Below are positions 13,689 to 28,482 of a stretch of DNA of 64,000 nt, piece by piece; positions within the stretch are counted from its first letter, which is position 1; each line of letters opens with the position of its first letter. The notes below the pieces were generated by a model, which ran no database searches, had not been told where the DNA came from, and worked only from the letters and a program-made list of their open reading frames with translations. Position numbers and translations under genes: made by a program. The stretch is from Eledone cirrhosa. Lineage: Eukaryota. The stretch spans positions 296,980,001-297,044,000 of the forward strand of contig OZ024740.1 in assembly GCA_964016885.1 (NCBI GenBank). Reading direction: 5' to 3'.

Positions 13689-15104
13689 ATCATCATCATC
13701 ATCATCATCAACGTTTAACGTCCGTGTTCCACGCTTGCATGGGTTTGGACGGGGGTAGTCCCACTTGAGGCAAGAGTGATTGTCTTGCTCGCATAGGACT
13801 GTCTGGCAGGTTTTCTACAGTTGGATGCCCTTCCTAACACCAACCACATTTACAGTGTGGGTCTGGGAGGTTTTTACCGTGTTGCCTACACGGCCACATT
13901 ACAGCGTGGACTGTGTGTTTTTTTGTCGTGACACCTACACGATCTCATTTGTTTCGGCCTGGATGGCGCAGCACCAACATAACTTTACATAGGACGGGGT
14001 GGTGTGGATGGGTGGGGGTGGTGGCGGGACGGGGTGTATTTTGTTAGAGATGCCTACTGGCAAGGCGGGTCTTCTCTGTTACTGAGTACCGCCAAAGGTC
14101 ACGGTCCAGTGACATTGTCTTGGAGAGGTGTAAGTGTGTGAGGTCGGAGTTTATCAGCTCATCCCATGTTTTTCTAGGTCTGCCTATTCCGTGGCTACCG
14201 TCTATCTTTATTGCCCTGCACTTTGTAATACAGCTATCGACTTTCATGCGCAACACGTGTCCATACCAACGCAGCCTTCTCTCGAGTAAACAACATCTGA
14301 TCCCTCTTATCTCTAATTTTTTCCTTAGTTCGTTTATGCTTTGCCGTTCACGTATATTACTGTTACACATCCAGCGGAGCATGCAAGCTTCGTTCCTCTC
14401 TAGTCTGCGTATATCCTCTGCACACAATGCCCAGGTCTCACTACCATGCAACATTGCTGTTCGTATGCAGGCATCGTACAACCTGCCTTTCATTTTAGGG
14501 AGAACCCTTTAGCAGCTAATAGTGGTATAAGCTCTCTGAACTGTTTTCCAACCAGTTCTGACTCTAGCTACAGTACTTTTAGAGCACCCTCCCCCACTGC
14601 TGATTTTATCGCCCAGGTAACGGAAGCTGTCCACTATTTCTATAGAACCCTCTGCGCAATTGAAAGAGCTAGTATTTTGTGGGCACTTGCTGCTACTTAT
14701 TGCACCAGAACACCGGCCACATGTAAAGTCTATGTTCTTAGTTAGCTTACCTGTGATCCCACTACATCTTTTATGCACCCATACTTTGCATTTAGGACAT
14801 AAGATGGAGTTTCTACCTACGCCTTTCCTACATACCGAGCACAACCATTTCCCAGAAGGGACCGCCGCCTTGTTTTCTTTCCTACAAACTAGAACTTTGG
14901 TCTTAGCCAGGTTAATTTAAGTCCTTTTGACTCTAAGCCGTGCTTCCATGTTTGGAATTTCTTCTCTAGCTCGGCCATTGATTCCGCTATGAGTGTCAGG
15001 TCGTCTGCGTATAGGAGTTCCCATGGGCAGCCTGTCTTGAACTCCTCTGTTATAGCCTGAAGGGCAATAATAAATAGTAGGGGGCTGAGAACAGAGCCCT
15101 GCAC
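13689..15104 (-). mobile_element. RTE family A LINE, 5'-truncated within RT, frameshifted
   Basis: [19 protein letters not shown] motifs, PHD-like [20 protein letters not shown] segment, C-terminus KTRLASRHL, (ATC)n tail. Confidence 0.93.
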
Positions 15105-15128
15105 ATATATATATATATACATATATAT

Positions 15129-15174
<46 letters not shown>

Positions 15175-15215
15175 GTATATATTATATATACATATATATA
15201 TACATACATATATAT

Positions 15216-15262
<47 letters not shown>

Positions 15263-15283
15263 CATATATATATATACATATAT

Positions 15284-15328
<45 letters not shown>

Positions 15329-15329
15329 C

Positions 15330-15376
<47 letters not shown>

Positions 15377-15405
15377 CATATATATATATACATATATATA
15401 TATAC

Positions 15406-15452
<47 letters not shown>

Positions 15453-15845
15453 CATATATACATATATACATATATACATATATATATATATACATATATA
15501 TATATACATATATATATATACATATATATATATATACATATATATATATAGATATATATATATATACATATATACATATATATACATATATATATATATA
15601 CATATATACATATATACATATATATACATATATATATATATACATATATACATATATACATATATATACATATATATATACATATATATATATACATATA
15701 TATATATACATATATATATACATATATATATACATATATATATACATATATATATACATATATATATACATATATATATATACATATATATATACATATA
15801 TATATATATACATATACATATATATATATACATATATATATATAC

Positions 15846-15920
<75 letters not shown>

Positions 15921-16097
15921 CATATATATACATATATATACATATATATATATACATATATATATATACATATATATATACATATATATATATACATATA
16001 TACATATATATATATATACATATATATATATACATATATATATACATATACATATACATATATATATATATATGTACATATATATATATACATATAT
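15105..16097. repeat. Degenerate TA/TACA microsatellite
   Basis: Direct inspection. Confidence 0.95.
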
Positions 16098-16380
16098 ACC
16101 CCCGTCCCACCCCATCCACACCGCCCCCTTCAATGCAAAGCTATGTTGGTGCCACAACATCCAGGCCGAAACAAACAAGATTGTGTAGGTGTCACGACAA
16201 AAAAAACACACAGTCCACGCAAATGTGGTTGGTGTTAGGAAGGGCATCCAGCTGTAGAAAACCCGCCAGACAGTCCTATGCGAGCAAGACAACCACTCTT
16301 GCCTCAAGTGGGAAAACCCCCGTCCAAGCCCATGCGAGCGTGGAACAGGGACGCTAAACCCGATGATGATGATGATGATG
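16098..16380 (+). mobile_element. RTE family A, 3' UTR only
   Basis: Begins at the C-rich tract cccccgtcccaccccatccacacc and ends in (GAT)n. Confidence 0.88.
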
Positions 16381-16382
16381 AC

Positions 16383-16417
<35 letters not shown>

Positions 16418-16435
16418 TATACATAGATATATACA

Positions 16436-16519
<84 letters not shown>

Positions 16520-16634
16520 TATACATATACATATATATATACATATATATACATATATATATACATATATACATACATATATATATATATACATACATAT
16601 ATATATATACATACATATATATATATACACATAC

Positions 16635-16672
<38 letters not shown>

Positions 16673-16788
16673 ATACATATATATACATATATATATATAC
16701 ATATATATATATACATATATATATATACATATATATATATACATATATATATATATACATATATATATATACATATATATATATATAC

Positions 16789-16833
<45 letters not shown>

Positions 16834-16848
16834 CATATATATATATAC

Positions 16849-16927
<79 letters not shown>

Positions 16928-17272
16928 CATATATATACATATATATATATACATATGTATATATATACGTATATATATATATACATATATATATATGTAC
17001 ATATATATATGTACATATATATATGTACATATATATATATATACATATATATATACATATATATATATGTACATATATATATATGTACATATATATATAT
17101 ACATATATATATATATACATATATATATATACATATATATATATGTACATATATATATATGTACATATATATATATGTACATATATATATATACATATAC
17201 ATATATATATATATACATATATATATTCATATATATATATATACATATATATATATACATATATATACATAT
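16381..17272. repeat. Degenerate TA/TACA microsatellite between tail-to-tail RTEs
   Basis: Direct inspection. Confidence 0.95.
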
Positions 17273-18240
17273 ATCATCATCATCATCAACGTTTAACGTC
17301 CGTGTTTCACGCTTGCATGGGTTTGGACGGGGGTAGTCCCACTTGAGGCAAGAGTGATTGTCTTGCCCGCATAGAACTGTCTGGCAGGTTTTCTACAGTT
17401 GGATGCCCTTCCTAACACCAACCACATTTACAGTGTGGGTCTGGGAGGTTTTTTACCGTGTTGCCTACACGGCCACATTACAGCGTGGACTGTGTGTTTT
17501 TTTGTCGTGACACCTACACGATCTCATTTGTTTCGGCCTGGATGGCGCGGCACCAACATAACTTTACATAGAACGGGGTGGTGTGGATGGGGTGGGGGGG
17601 GGGGGGGTGTATTTTGTTAGAGATGCCTACTGGCTGTAGTAGGTTTTACTATGTATTTAGGTAAGGCGGGTCTTCTCTGTTACTGAGTACCGTCAAAGGT
17701 CTCGGTCCAGTGACATTGTCTTGGAGAGGTGTAAGTGTGTGAGGTCGGAGTTTATCAGCTCGTCCCAGGTTTTTCTAGGTCTGCCTATTCCGTGGCTACC
17801 GTCTATCTTTATTGCCCTGCACTTTGTTATACAGCTATCGACTTTCATGCGCATCACGTGTCCATACCAACGTAGCCTTCTCTCGAGTAAACAACATCTG
17901 ATCCCTCTTATCTGTAATTTTTTCCTTAGTTCGTTTATGCTTTGCCGTTCACGTATATTACTGTTACACATCCAGCGGAGCAGCAAGCTTCGTTCCTCTC
18001 TAGTCTGCGTATATCCTCTGCACACAATGCCCAGGTCTCACTGCCACGCAACATTGCTGTTCGTATGCAGGCATCGTACAACCTGCCTTTCATTTTTACG
18101 GAGAACCCTTTAGCAGCTAATAGTGGTATAAGCTCTCTGAACTTTTTCCAACCAGTTCTGACTCTAGCTACTGTACTTTCAGAGCACCCTCCCCCACTGC
18201 TGATTTTATCGCCCAGGTAACGGAAGCTGTCCACTATTTT
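17273..18240 (-). mobile_element. RTE family A LINE, 5'-truncated
   Basis: [30 protein letters not shown]; (ATC)n tail. Confidence 0.92.
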
Positions 18241-18298
18241 ATATACATATATACATATATATATACATATATATATATATACATACATATATATATTC

Positions 18299-18350
<52 letters not shown>

Positions 18351-18352
18351 TC

Positions 18353-18429
<77 letters not shown>

Positions 18430-18557
18430 CATATATATATATACATACATATATATATATACATACATATATACATATATATATATATACATACATATAT
18501 ACATATATCATATATATAATACATATATACATATATATATACATACATATATACATA

Positions 18558-18621
<64 letters not shown>

Positions 18622-18653
18622 AACATATATATATATACATACATATATACATA

Positions 18654-18689
<36 letters not shown>

Positions 18690-18831
18690 CATATATATAT
18701 ATACATACATATATATACATATATATATATATACATACATATATACATATATATATATATACATACATATATACATATATATATATACATACATATATAC
18801 ATATATATATATACATACATATATACATATA

Positions 18832-18867
<36 letters not shown>

Positions 18868-18906
18868 CATATATACATACATATATATATATATTCATAT
18901 ATATAC

Positions 18907-18939
<33 letters not shown>

Positions 18940-18998
18940 CATATATACATATATATATATATACATACATACATATATATATATATTCATATATATAC

Positions 18999-19033
<35 letters not shown>

Positions 19034-19783
19034 CATATATACATATATATACATACATATATACACATACATACATATATACACATACATACATATATAT
19101 ATACATATATACATATATATATATATACATACATATATACACATACATACTATATACACATACATACATATATATATACATATATATATATATACATATA
19201 TACATATATATACATACATATATATATATATACATATATACATATATATACATACATATATATATACATATATATATATATACATACATACATATATATA
19301 TACATATATATATATACATATATATATATACATACATACATATATATATACATATATATACATACATACATATATATATACATATATATATATACATACA
19401 TATATATATACATATATATATATACATACATACATATATATATATACATATGTATATATACATACATACATATATATATATACATATATATATATACATA
19501 CATATATATATATACATATATATACATACATACATACATATATATATACATATATATATACATACATACATACATATATATATACATATATATATACATA
19601 CATACATATATATATACATACATACATATATATATACATATATATATACATACATACATATATATATACATACATACATACATATATATATACATATATA
19701 TATACATACATACATATATATATACATATATATATACATACATATATATATATACATATATATATACATACATACATATATAT
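18241..19783. repeat. Degenerate TA/TACA microsatellite
   Basis: Direct inspection. Confidence 0.95.
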
Positions 19784-20394
19784 ATGGTGGCTGCCAACTC
19801 GTTTTCGAGTACGGCCACTACTTTATATCCATGTAGGAGAACCCCTACTGATGCGCTGAACGAGTGTGACTTTTTAGTCCAGCCAGCGACTTGAAAGCTC
19901 TGGTACAAACACTACACTTGTGACAATTATTGACACATAGTGCTGGGCCCATGGTACCATGTGACGACAAATGCAGAGAGATCTCCAGATATAAAGCAAT
20001 GCCTGTGCCGTGAAGCTTTTATAGTGAGCAAAGGCACTGCACAAAGCCAGTCCCACTCTCTTAACCAAGATGATATTTACCAAAAAGAAGAACAAGTCAA
20101 CATCATTGGATACCATCAGGGTTGCAGGTGTTATATCAGAGTTTTCCTTCTCCTAGAATTCTGCCTTGACAAAGGCTAAGGGGTCATCTCTCCCGGTGAT
20201 TTTGGATGGCCATTGACTCTTAAGAGCTCCTTTGCCTTTTTGACAGGTTTTATTTTTAGTCCTGCAGGATGTCCAAAGTCACCCTCCTCACCAAGAAACC
20301 TTGGTGGGGTTGCCAGTTTAGTCGCCAACGACCCGACCATGGGACAGGTTGTACTGGAATACATGTTACCAGTAGCACCAACTGGTGACCTGAC
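19784..20394 (-). mobile_element. RTE-derived non-autonomous element, copy 1 (longest)
   Basis: Minus strand ends with a C2H2 finger [23 protein letters not shown], then a short UTR (tactcgaaaacgagt hairpin) running into (AT)n. The 5' part looks like a non-coding UTR. Confidence 0.7.
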
Positions 20395-20452
20395 ATAACA
20401 TATATATATACATATATATATACATACATACATATATATATACATATATATA

Positions 20453-20486
<34 letters not shown>

Positions 20487-20499
20487 CATACATACATAC

Positions 20500-20997
20500 A
20501 TGGTGGCTGCCAACTCGTTTTCGAGTACGGCCACTACTTTATATCCATGTAGGAGAACCACTACTGATGCGCTGAACGAGTGTGACTTTTTAGTCCAGCC
20601 AGCGACTTGAAAGCTCTGGTACAAACACTACACTTGTGACAATCATTGACACATAGTGCTGGGCCCATGGTACCACGTGACGACAAATGCAGAGAGATCT
20701 CCAGATATAAAGCAATGCCTGTGCCGTGAAGCTTTTATAGTGAGCAAAGGCACTACACAAAGCCAGTCCCACTCTCTTAACCAAGATGATATTTACCAAA
20801 AAGAAGAACAAGTCAACATCATTGGATACCATCAGGGTTGCAGGTGTTATATCAGAGTTTTCCTTCTCCTAGAATTCTGCCTTGACAAAGGCTAAGGGGT
20901 CATCTCTCCCAGTGATTTTAGATGGCCATTGACTCTTAAGAGCTCCTTTGCCTTTTGACAGGTTTTGTTTTTAGTCCTGCAGGATGTCCAAAGTCAC
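20500..20997 (-). mobile_element. RTE-derived non-autonomous element, copy 2
   Basis: Near-identical to copy 1, same 3' end, shorter 5' end. Confidence 0.7.
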
Positions 20998-22232
20998 ATA
21001 TATACACACACATATATATATACACATACACATATATACATACATATATATATACACATACACACACACATATATATATACATATATACATACACATATA
21101 CATACATACACATACACATATACACACACATATATACACACATAAATATATATACACATATATAAATACACATACATATACAAATATATATACACACACA
21201 TATATATACACACATATATATATACACATATATATAGATACACATATACATAGATACATATATACATATATATATATACATATATATAGATATACATATA
21301 TATATATACATATATATATACACACATATATATACACACACATATATATACACATATATATATACACACATACATACACACATACATACATACATATATA
21401 TACACATACACATACATATACATATATATATACATATATACACATATACATACATATATATATACACATACATATACATATATATATATACATATGTATA
21501 TATACACATATGTATACACACACATATATACACACACATATACATACATATATATATATACATACACATATATACACACACATATACACATACACATATA
21601 TATACACACACATATACACACACATACATATACACACACATATATATATATACATATACATACACATGCATACACACACATATATATACATACATACATA
21701 TATACATGTACATACATATATATACACACATATATATACACATATATACATACACACATATACACATACATATATATATTTATTAAAATAACAGATTAAA
21801 GTTTATATACATACATATATATATACAAGTACATATACATACATATATACACACATATATATACACACATATATATACATACACATATACATATACATAC
21901 ATATATATACACACACATATACACATATATATACACATATATATACACACATATATATACATATATATATACACACACATACACACACACATATACACAC
22001 ACATACACACATACATACACATATATATACACATACATACATATACACATACATATATACACACATATATATATATACATACATATATATATACATATAT
22101 ATACACACATACATATACACATATATATATATACACATATATACACATACACACATATACATATATATACATACATATACATATATATATACATATACAT
22201 ACATACATACATACACATATACATATATATAC
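20998..22232. repeat. CA/TA mixed microsatellite
   Basis: Direct inspection; richer in CACA than neighbouring tracts. Confidence 0.95.
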
Positions 22233-22603
22233 ATGGTGGCTGCCAACTCGTTTTCGAGTATGGCCTCTACTTTATATCCATGTAGGAGAACCCTATCGAT
22301 GCGCTGAACGAGTGTGACTCTTTAGTCCAGCCAGCGACTTGAAAACTCCGGTACAAACACTACACTTGTGACAATTATTGACACACAGTGCTGGGCCCAT
22401 GGTACCATGTGATGACAAGTGCAGAGAGATCTCCAGATATAAAGCAATGCCTGTGCCGTGAAGCTTTTATAGTGAGCAAAGGCACTGCACAAAGCCAGTC
22501 CCACTCTCTTAACCAAGATGATATTTACCAAAAAGAAGAACAAGTCAACATCATTGGATACCATCAGGGTTGCAGGTGTTATATCAGAGTTTTCCTTCTC
22601 CTA
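22233..22603 (-). mobile_element. RTE-derived non-autonomous element, copy 3
   Basis: Same 3' end as copies 1 and 2, shortest 5' end, several substitutions. Confidence 0.7.
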
Positions 22604-22662
22604 CATATATATATATACACATGTATATATATACATATATATATACACATGTATATATATAC

Positions 22663-22745
<83 letters not shown>

Positions 22746-22763
22746 CATATATATATATTATAC

Positions 22764-22828
<65 letters not shown>

Positions 22829-22939
22829 CATATATATACATATATATATACATATATATATACATATATATATACATATATATATACATATATATATACA
22901 TATATATATACATATATACATATATATATACATATATAC

Positions 22940-22970
<31 letters not shown>

Positions 22971-22991
22971 CATATATATATACATATATAC

Positions 22992-23084
<93 letters not shown>

Positions 23085-23239
23085 CATATATATATACATA
23101 TATATACATATATATATATACATACATATATATATATATACATACATATATATATATATACATACATATATATATATATACATACATATATATATATATA
23201 CATACATATATATATATATACATATATATATATACATAC

Positions 23240-23270
<31 letters not shown>

Positions 23271-23339
23271 CATACATATATATATATACATACATATATA
23301 TATATACATATATATATACATACATATATATATACATAC

Positions 23340-23389
<50 letters not shown>

Positions 23390-23567
23390 TTATATATACA
23401 TATATATATATACATACATATATATATATATATATTTATATATACATATATATATACATATGTATATATACATATATATATACATATGTATATATACATA
23501 TGTATATATATATATATATACATACATATATATATATATACATATATATATACATATGTATATATAC

Positions 23568-23637
<70 letters not shown>
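22604..23637. repeat. Degenerate TA/TACA microsatellite
   Basis: Direct inspection. Confidence 0.95.
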
Positions 23638-23639
<2 letters not shown>

Positions 23640-23952
23640 ACAATCGTTGTTTTGCTATAATTCCGTCTCACTGTTCTAAATAATCTTCTCCACGCTTGTT
23701 CTAAATAATCTTCTCTTTGCTAACTTGTTCTAAATAATCTTCACTTTGCTACCATTTTGGCCGAAAAAATTTTCCAGGATTCATAAAAATAGATTCTCTC
23801 GCCCCTCAAAATCGCTATTACTCCCACTCTCTCTAACATATACGTCCCTCTCGCTCTCTCACTCCCTAATATAAATAAGAACGTTACAAAGGACAAAACC
23901 TCAGAATTTGTCAACTCTTATTAAATGGTCAGTCGATTCTACGAAAATGTAA

Positions 23953-24792
23953 TCTATATATATAAAACTGTGGTTGTCTGTCTGTCTATCGATTTTTGGC
24001 ACACATCTCCTCTTAGAATCTCTCACGGAATTGCACCGAAATTGCTATACTTGTACATTCAGCCCTAGCGAAGACATCGGAAAAAAAAAATTTTAAATTA
24101 ACCCGCCCTATGTGACGAAATCGAATATAATGTATCGATTTTTGAGCGTAAGTTATCAGTTATTTCCCTTTGTTCTGTTTACATTGAGCGTCTTACGTAA
24201 AAAATTACGCTGGCTTTCTCAGCGTTTAAAATGACATTAACACAATACACGAAGCTTCCGTTTTGCTTCATTTCCATTTAAAAGCATTTTAAAACAATAT
24301 TTTTACTTGAAAACAAGTCTATTTAAAGACTACATAAAACAAGCAAATATTTCGTCGTTAGGCGTGCAGACAGACAGTCGTGCAGAGAGGTGATATAGGC
24401 GTGCAGACAGACAGTCGTGCAGAGAGGTGATATAGGCGTGCAGACAGACAGTCGTGCAGAGAGGTGATATAGGCGTGCAGACAGACATAACTGATAATTT
24501 GGTTACGCTAATGTTTTTCTCTGCGTTGCAGTGTTTACATTTTCGATCTTTGTTAATAAATAACCAGTGCAGTTTCTATCCCCAGCAACCTCTTTTGTTA
24601 TAACATTCGGGTTATCGTTATGTTTTCTTAACTTCATAAGGCATATTGTTGGTTGAGGGAATATTAATCAAAAACACCACATGCAAGTCTGCACAGTAGA
24701 CACTACAGTTTTTAAGCCAAGAAAGAAACTTAACATTGTAACTTTAACACAGCTACTGAGCGACCCCGAGCAACGCCGGGCTTTACTGCTAG
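23953..24792 (+). mobile_element. Non-autonomous Helitron
   Basis: a|TCtatatatataaa 5' end, (GTCT)n near the 5' end, subterminal hairpin cccgagcaacgccggg, 3' CTAG|t, inserted between A and T with no TSD. Confidence 0.8.
24359..24487 (+). repeat. 37-bp minisatellite, ~3.5 copies, inside the Helitron
   Basis: Unit taggcgtgcagacagacagtcgtgcagagaggtgata. Confidence 0.93.
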
Positions 24793-24845
24793 TGTATAAT
24801 ATAACATTTTCTTCTTGTCTCCTAAAAACCTGGTTCATTCATCCA

Positions 24846-26230
24846 TATATATCTACAATCGTTGTTTTGCTATAATTCCGTCTCACTGTTCTAAATAATC
24901 TTCTCTTTGCTAACTACCCCATACCCCTCCCTTCCGCCCCCACTCTCCACCTTTACTATTTGGACCAATCGCAAGTCAAACAGCGTATGCACTTCTGGCT
25001 GCTTTTCGATATGATGGATGAACTAAGGAATTTCTGGAGAGTCTGAAGAATCTGGACACTCGATGACAATGCCAAAGATAACAACAAATTCACCTCATGC
25101 TGCCGGACGAAAGGGCAAGGCCCATACCCCCCTTTGTTTCGGCCGCGGATGGCCAACATAACCCCAAACTCATCCCCCCTCACCCCTCCCTGCGCCCCAT
25201 CCTCCAAACACAATCCAAAAGTTCAGAGTTGGTACCATGAACGTAGGCACCTTAAAAGGCCACTCTAACGAGGTTGTAGAACTGCTTGAACGTAAGGAGG
25301 TTGATGTTTGCTGTATCCAAGAGACCAGGTGGAGGGGCGGGTCTGCTAGATTCATTGTGGGTAAAAAACGTTGCTATAAGCTTTTATAGGTGGGAAATGA
25401 CAATGGGATAGGTGGGGTAGGAATCATGTTAGCAGAAAAATGGGTGGATAAGATAATAGATGTAAATAGAGTGAATGACAGAATAATTAAAATAAGACTT
25501 GTTCTAAACAGAACTACTGTGACAGTAATATCTGCATACGCGCCCCAATCCGGACTGCCTGGCGCTATAAAAGACAGATTCTATAAGACACTGATGCTCA
25601 CTACCTCCCAAATAACCGACAGTGACTATATAATTATTGCTGGCGACCTAAATGGCCACGTTGGAAAACATTGTGACGGCTATGACGGAATCCACGGTGG
25701 CTATGGGGTTGGTACTAGAAACGAGGAAGGCTCCAGAATCCTGGAATTCTGTGATGCAAATAACCTAACTATCTGTAACACTAACTTCAAAAAACGAGAC
25801 AATCACTTGATCACCTACAGATCAGGGGAACATACCAGCCAGGTAGATTATATCCTTACCAGAAGACGTGACAGAGTGTCTGTTGTAAACACTAAATCCT
25901 CCCCCATGAAGAATGCACCTCCCAGCATAGACTGATAATTAGCGACCTCATAGTCAGGATAAGACGTACTAGACAGCAGAAGAGGACTATCCTCAGGAGA
26001 AAAATATGGAAACTAAAGGATCCCACAGCCAGAAATAAATTTCAAAGCATATTACTTGATGCTTTCGACAGTAAGGAAGAGCAATTAGAGTCGTACAATG
26101 TAGAGGAACAGTGGGAATTCCTGAAAGCAAACCTACTGATGGCGGCAGACGAAGTCTGTGGCTGGAGCAGGCCTGTAGGCAGGAGGAGAGTAACATGGTG
26201 GTGGAACAGTAAGGTGGAGGGGTCAATCAC
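24846..26230 (+). mobile_element. RTE LINE 5' portion (UTR plus APE endonuclease), 3'-deleted
   Basis: FRVGTMNVGTL..VDVCCIQETRW..GVGIML..VISAYAPQ..IIAGDLNGHVG..SQVDYIL; stop at ~25388 and frameshift near 25905. The 5' boundary is uncertain. Confidence 0.85.
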
Positions 26231-26540
26231 GTGTATTTTGTTAGAGGTGCCTACTGACTGTAGTAGGTTTTACTTTGTATTTAGGTAAGGCGGGTCTTCT
26301 CTATAACTGAGTACCGCCAAAGATCTCGGTCCAGTGACATTTTCTTGGAGAGGTGTAAGTGTGTGAGCTCGGAATTTATCAAGTCGTCCCAGGTTTATCT
26401 GGGTCTGCCTACTCTGTGGCTACCATCTATTTTTATTGCCCTGCACTTTTTTATACAGCTGTCGTCTTTCATGCGCATCACATGACCATACCAACGTAGC
26501 CTTTTCTCGAGTAAACAACATCTGATCCCTCTTATTTCTA
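26231..26540 (-). mobile_element. RTE family A fragment (5'-truncated, tail deleted)
   Basis: [26 protein letters not shown]; breaks off at the C-rich tract of the 3' UTR. Confidence 0.88.
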
Positions 26541-26566
26541 TATATATAGACATATATATATATATA

Positions 26567-26688
26567 GTGAAGGCGTGTGGATGAGTGGTTAGAGAATTGG
26601 ATTCGCAATCGTAAGGTTGTGAGTTCGATTTCTGGACCAGGCGATGCATTATGTCCTTGAGCAAGACACTTTATTTCACGTTGCTCCT
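26567..26688 (+). mobile_element. tRNA/CORE-like SINE head
   Basis: gtggatgagtggttag A-box, gagttcgattt B-box, gtccttgagcaagacactttatttcacgttgctcc; same family as 5993-6327. Confidence 0.8.
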
Positions 26689-26689
26689 T

Positions 26690-27406
26690 CTACCTGGAGT
26701 TGCGACCGATAGGTGGTAGAAGGCGGCACGTTACGTATCAAGGAAGTGCTTTTTATCAAACGACTGCAACCGCAAATAAACAACCGATCAGAGAGGAGCG
26801 AAATGAGATGGCTGGTTTAAGTTAACAAGCGATGCAACAACACACAACACACGCACACACACACACAAACGAGACAACTACACACACGCACGCACACACA
26901 CACAGTAGCATTCCACCATACGAACATACTACACTGCCAATACAGAGGAACAAGGCAACAACACACGCACACACACACACACACTCAAGTGAGACAACAA
27001 CACATGCACACATATTCAAAACAACACACGCACACATATTCAAAACAACAAACAGCGAAGGACGCGTACCGAACTTGTCCGACAGACAACCTTTTCCTCC
27101 TCCCCGGAAAAACCCCAGTTGATGGATGTGAATCCGAAATATATAGGGACTATTAAATCTCTCCCAAGGTAACTCTCTCTTGTGTTGTTATTTTTATTTT
27201 ATCCTTTATACTCTTCCCTTCATTCTACACATCTCACACATCTTATACACACCACGCATCTCAACGTACACCCACTTACATCTCTCTCTCCACCACCGGA
27301 CCTTGTTACCCGGAGATTTACCCATTTGCATTGTCGAGGCTTCCAAACAACTTAAAGATATTTACTTATTGTTCCACAATGCTTAAAGCAAACTTCAATA
27401 CTCTCT

Positions 27407-27408
<2 letters not shown>
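26690..27408 (+). mobile_element. Penelope-like element 3' end
   Basis: 26728-26820 encodes TLRIKEVLFIKRLQPQINNRSE..*, the GIY-YIG C-terminal E..I..P.LN motif. It is followed by a CA-rich UTR, a decayed hammerhead at ~27113-27148 and a TA junction. Confidence 0.6.
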
Positions 27409-27455
<47 letters not shown>

Positions 27456-27679
27456 ACATATACATATATACATATACATACATACATATACATATATACA
27501 TATATACATATACATACATACATATACATACATACATACATATACGTACATATATATACATATATATATATATAAATATATATACAAATATATATACATA
27601 TACATATATATACATATACATACATATACATATACATACATATACATATATATACATATACATACATACATACATATAC

Positions 27680-27710
<31 letters not shown>

Positions 27711-28111
27711 CATATATATACACATATATATATATATACATATACATATATATACATATACATATATATACATATACATATATATATACATATACATATA
27801 TATATACATATACATATATATATATAGATATACATATATACATATACATATATATATATAGATATACATATATACATATACACACATATACATATACACA
27901 TATATATACATATACATATATATACATATATATATATACATATACATATATATATATAGATATACATATATACATATACATATATAGATATACATATATA
28001 CATATACACATATATATATACATATACATATAGAGATATACATATATACATATACATATATAGATATACATATATACATATACACATATATATACATATA
28101 CATATATATAC

Positions 28112-28143
<32 letters not shown>

Positions 28144-28361
28144 ATATAGATATACATATATATATAGAGATATAGATATATATATATAGATATACATATA
28201 TATATAGAGATATACATATATACATATACATATACATATAGAGATATACATATATACATATACATATATAGATATACATATATACATATACACATATATA
28301 CATATACACATATATATATAGATATACATATATACATATACACATATATAAATATACACAC

Positions 28362-28428
<67 letters not shown>

Positions 28429-28449
28429 CATATATATATATACATACAT

Positions 28450-28482
<33 letters not shown>

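Noticed and set aside
19845-19905. ctgatg-cgctg...cagcg-acttgaaa resembling a hammerhead
   Set aside because: The core lacks the GA of CUGANGA, GAAA is displaced, and the region is better explained as the antisense of a C2H2 finger coding remnant.
19784-22603. Repeat-spacer-repeat layout suggestive of a CRISPR-like array
   Set aside because: Units are hundreds of bp, spacers are microsatellite, the context is eukaryotic and there are no cas genes.
24359-24487. 37-bp direct repeats of CRISPR-repeat length
   Set aside because: The units are contiguous with no spacers; this is a minisatellite.
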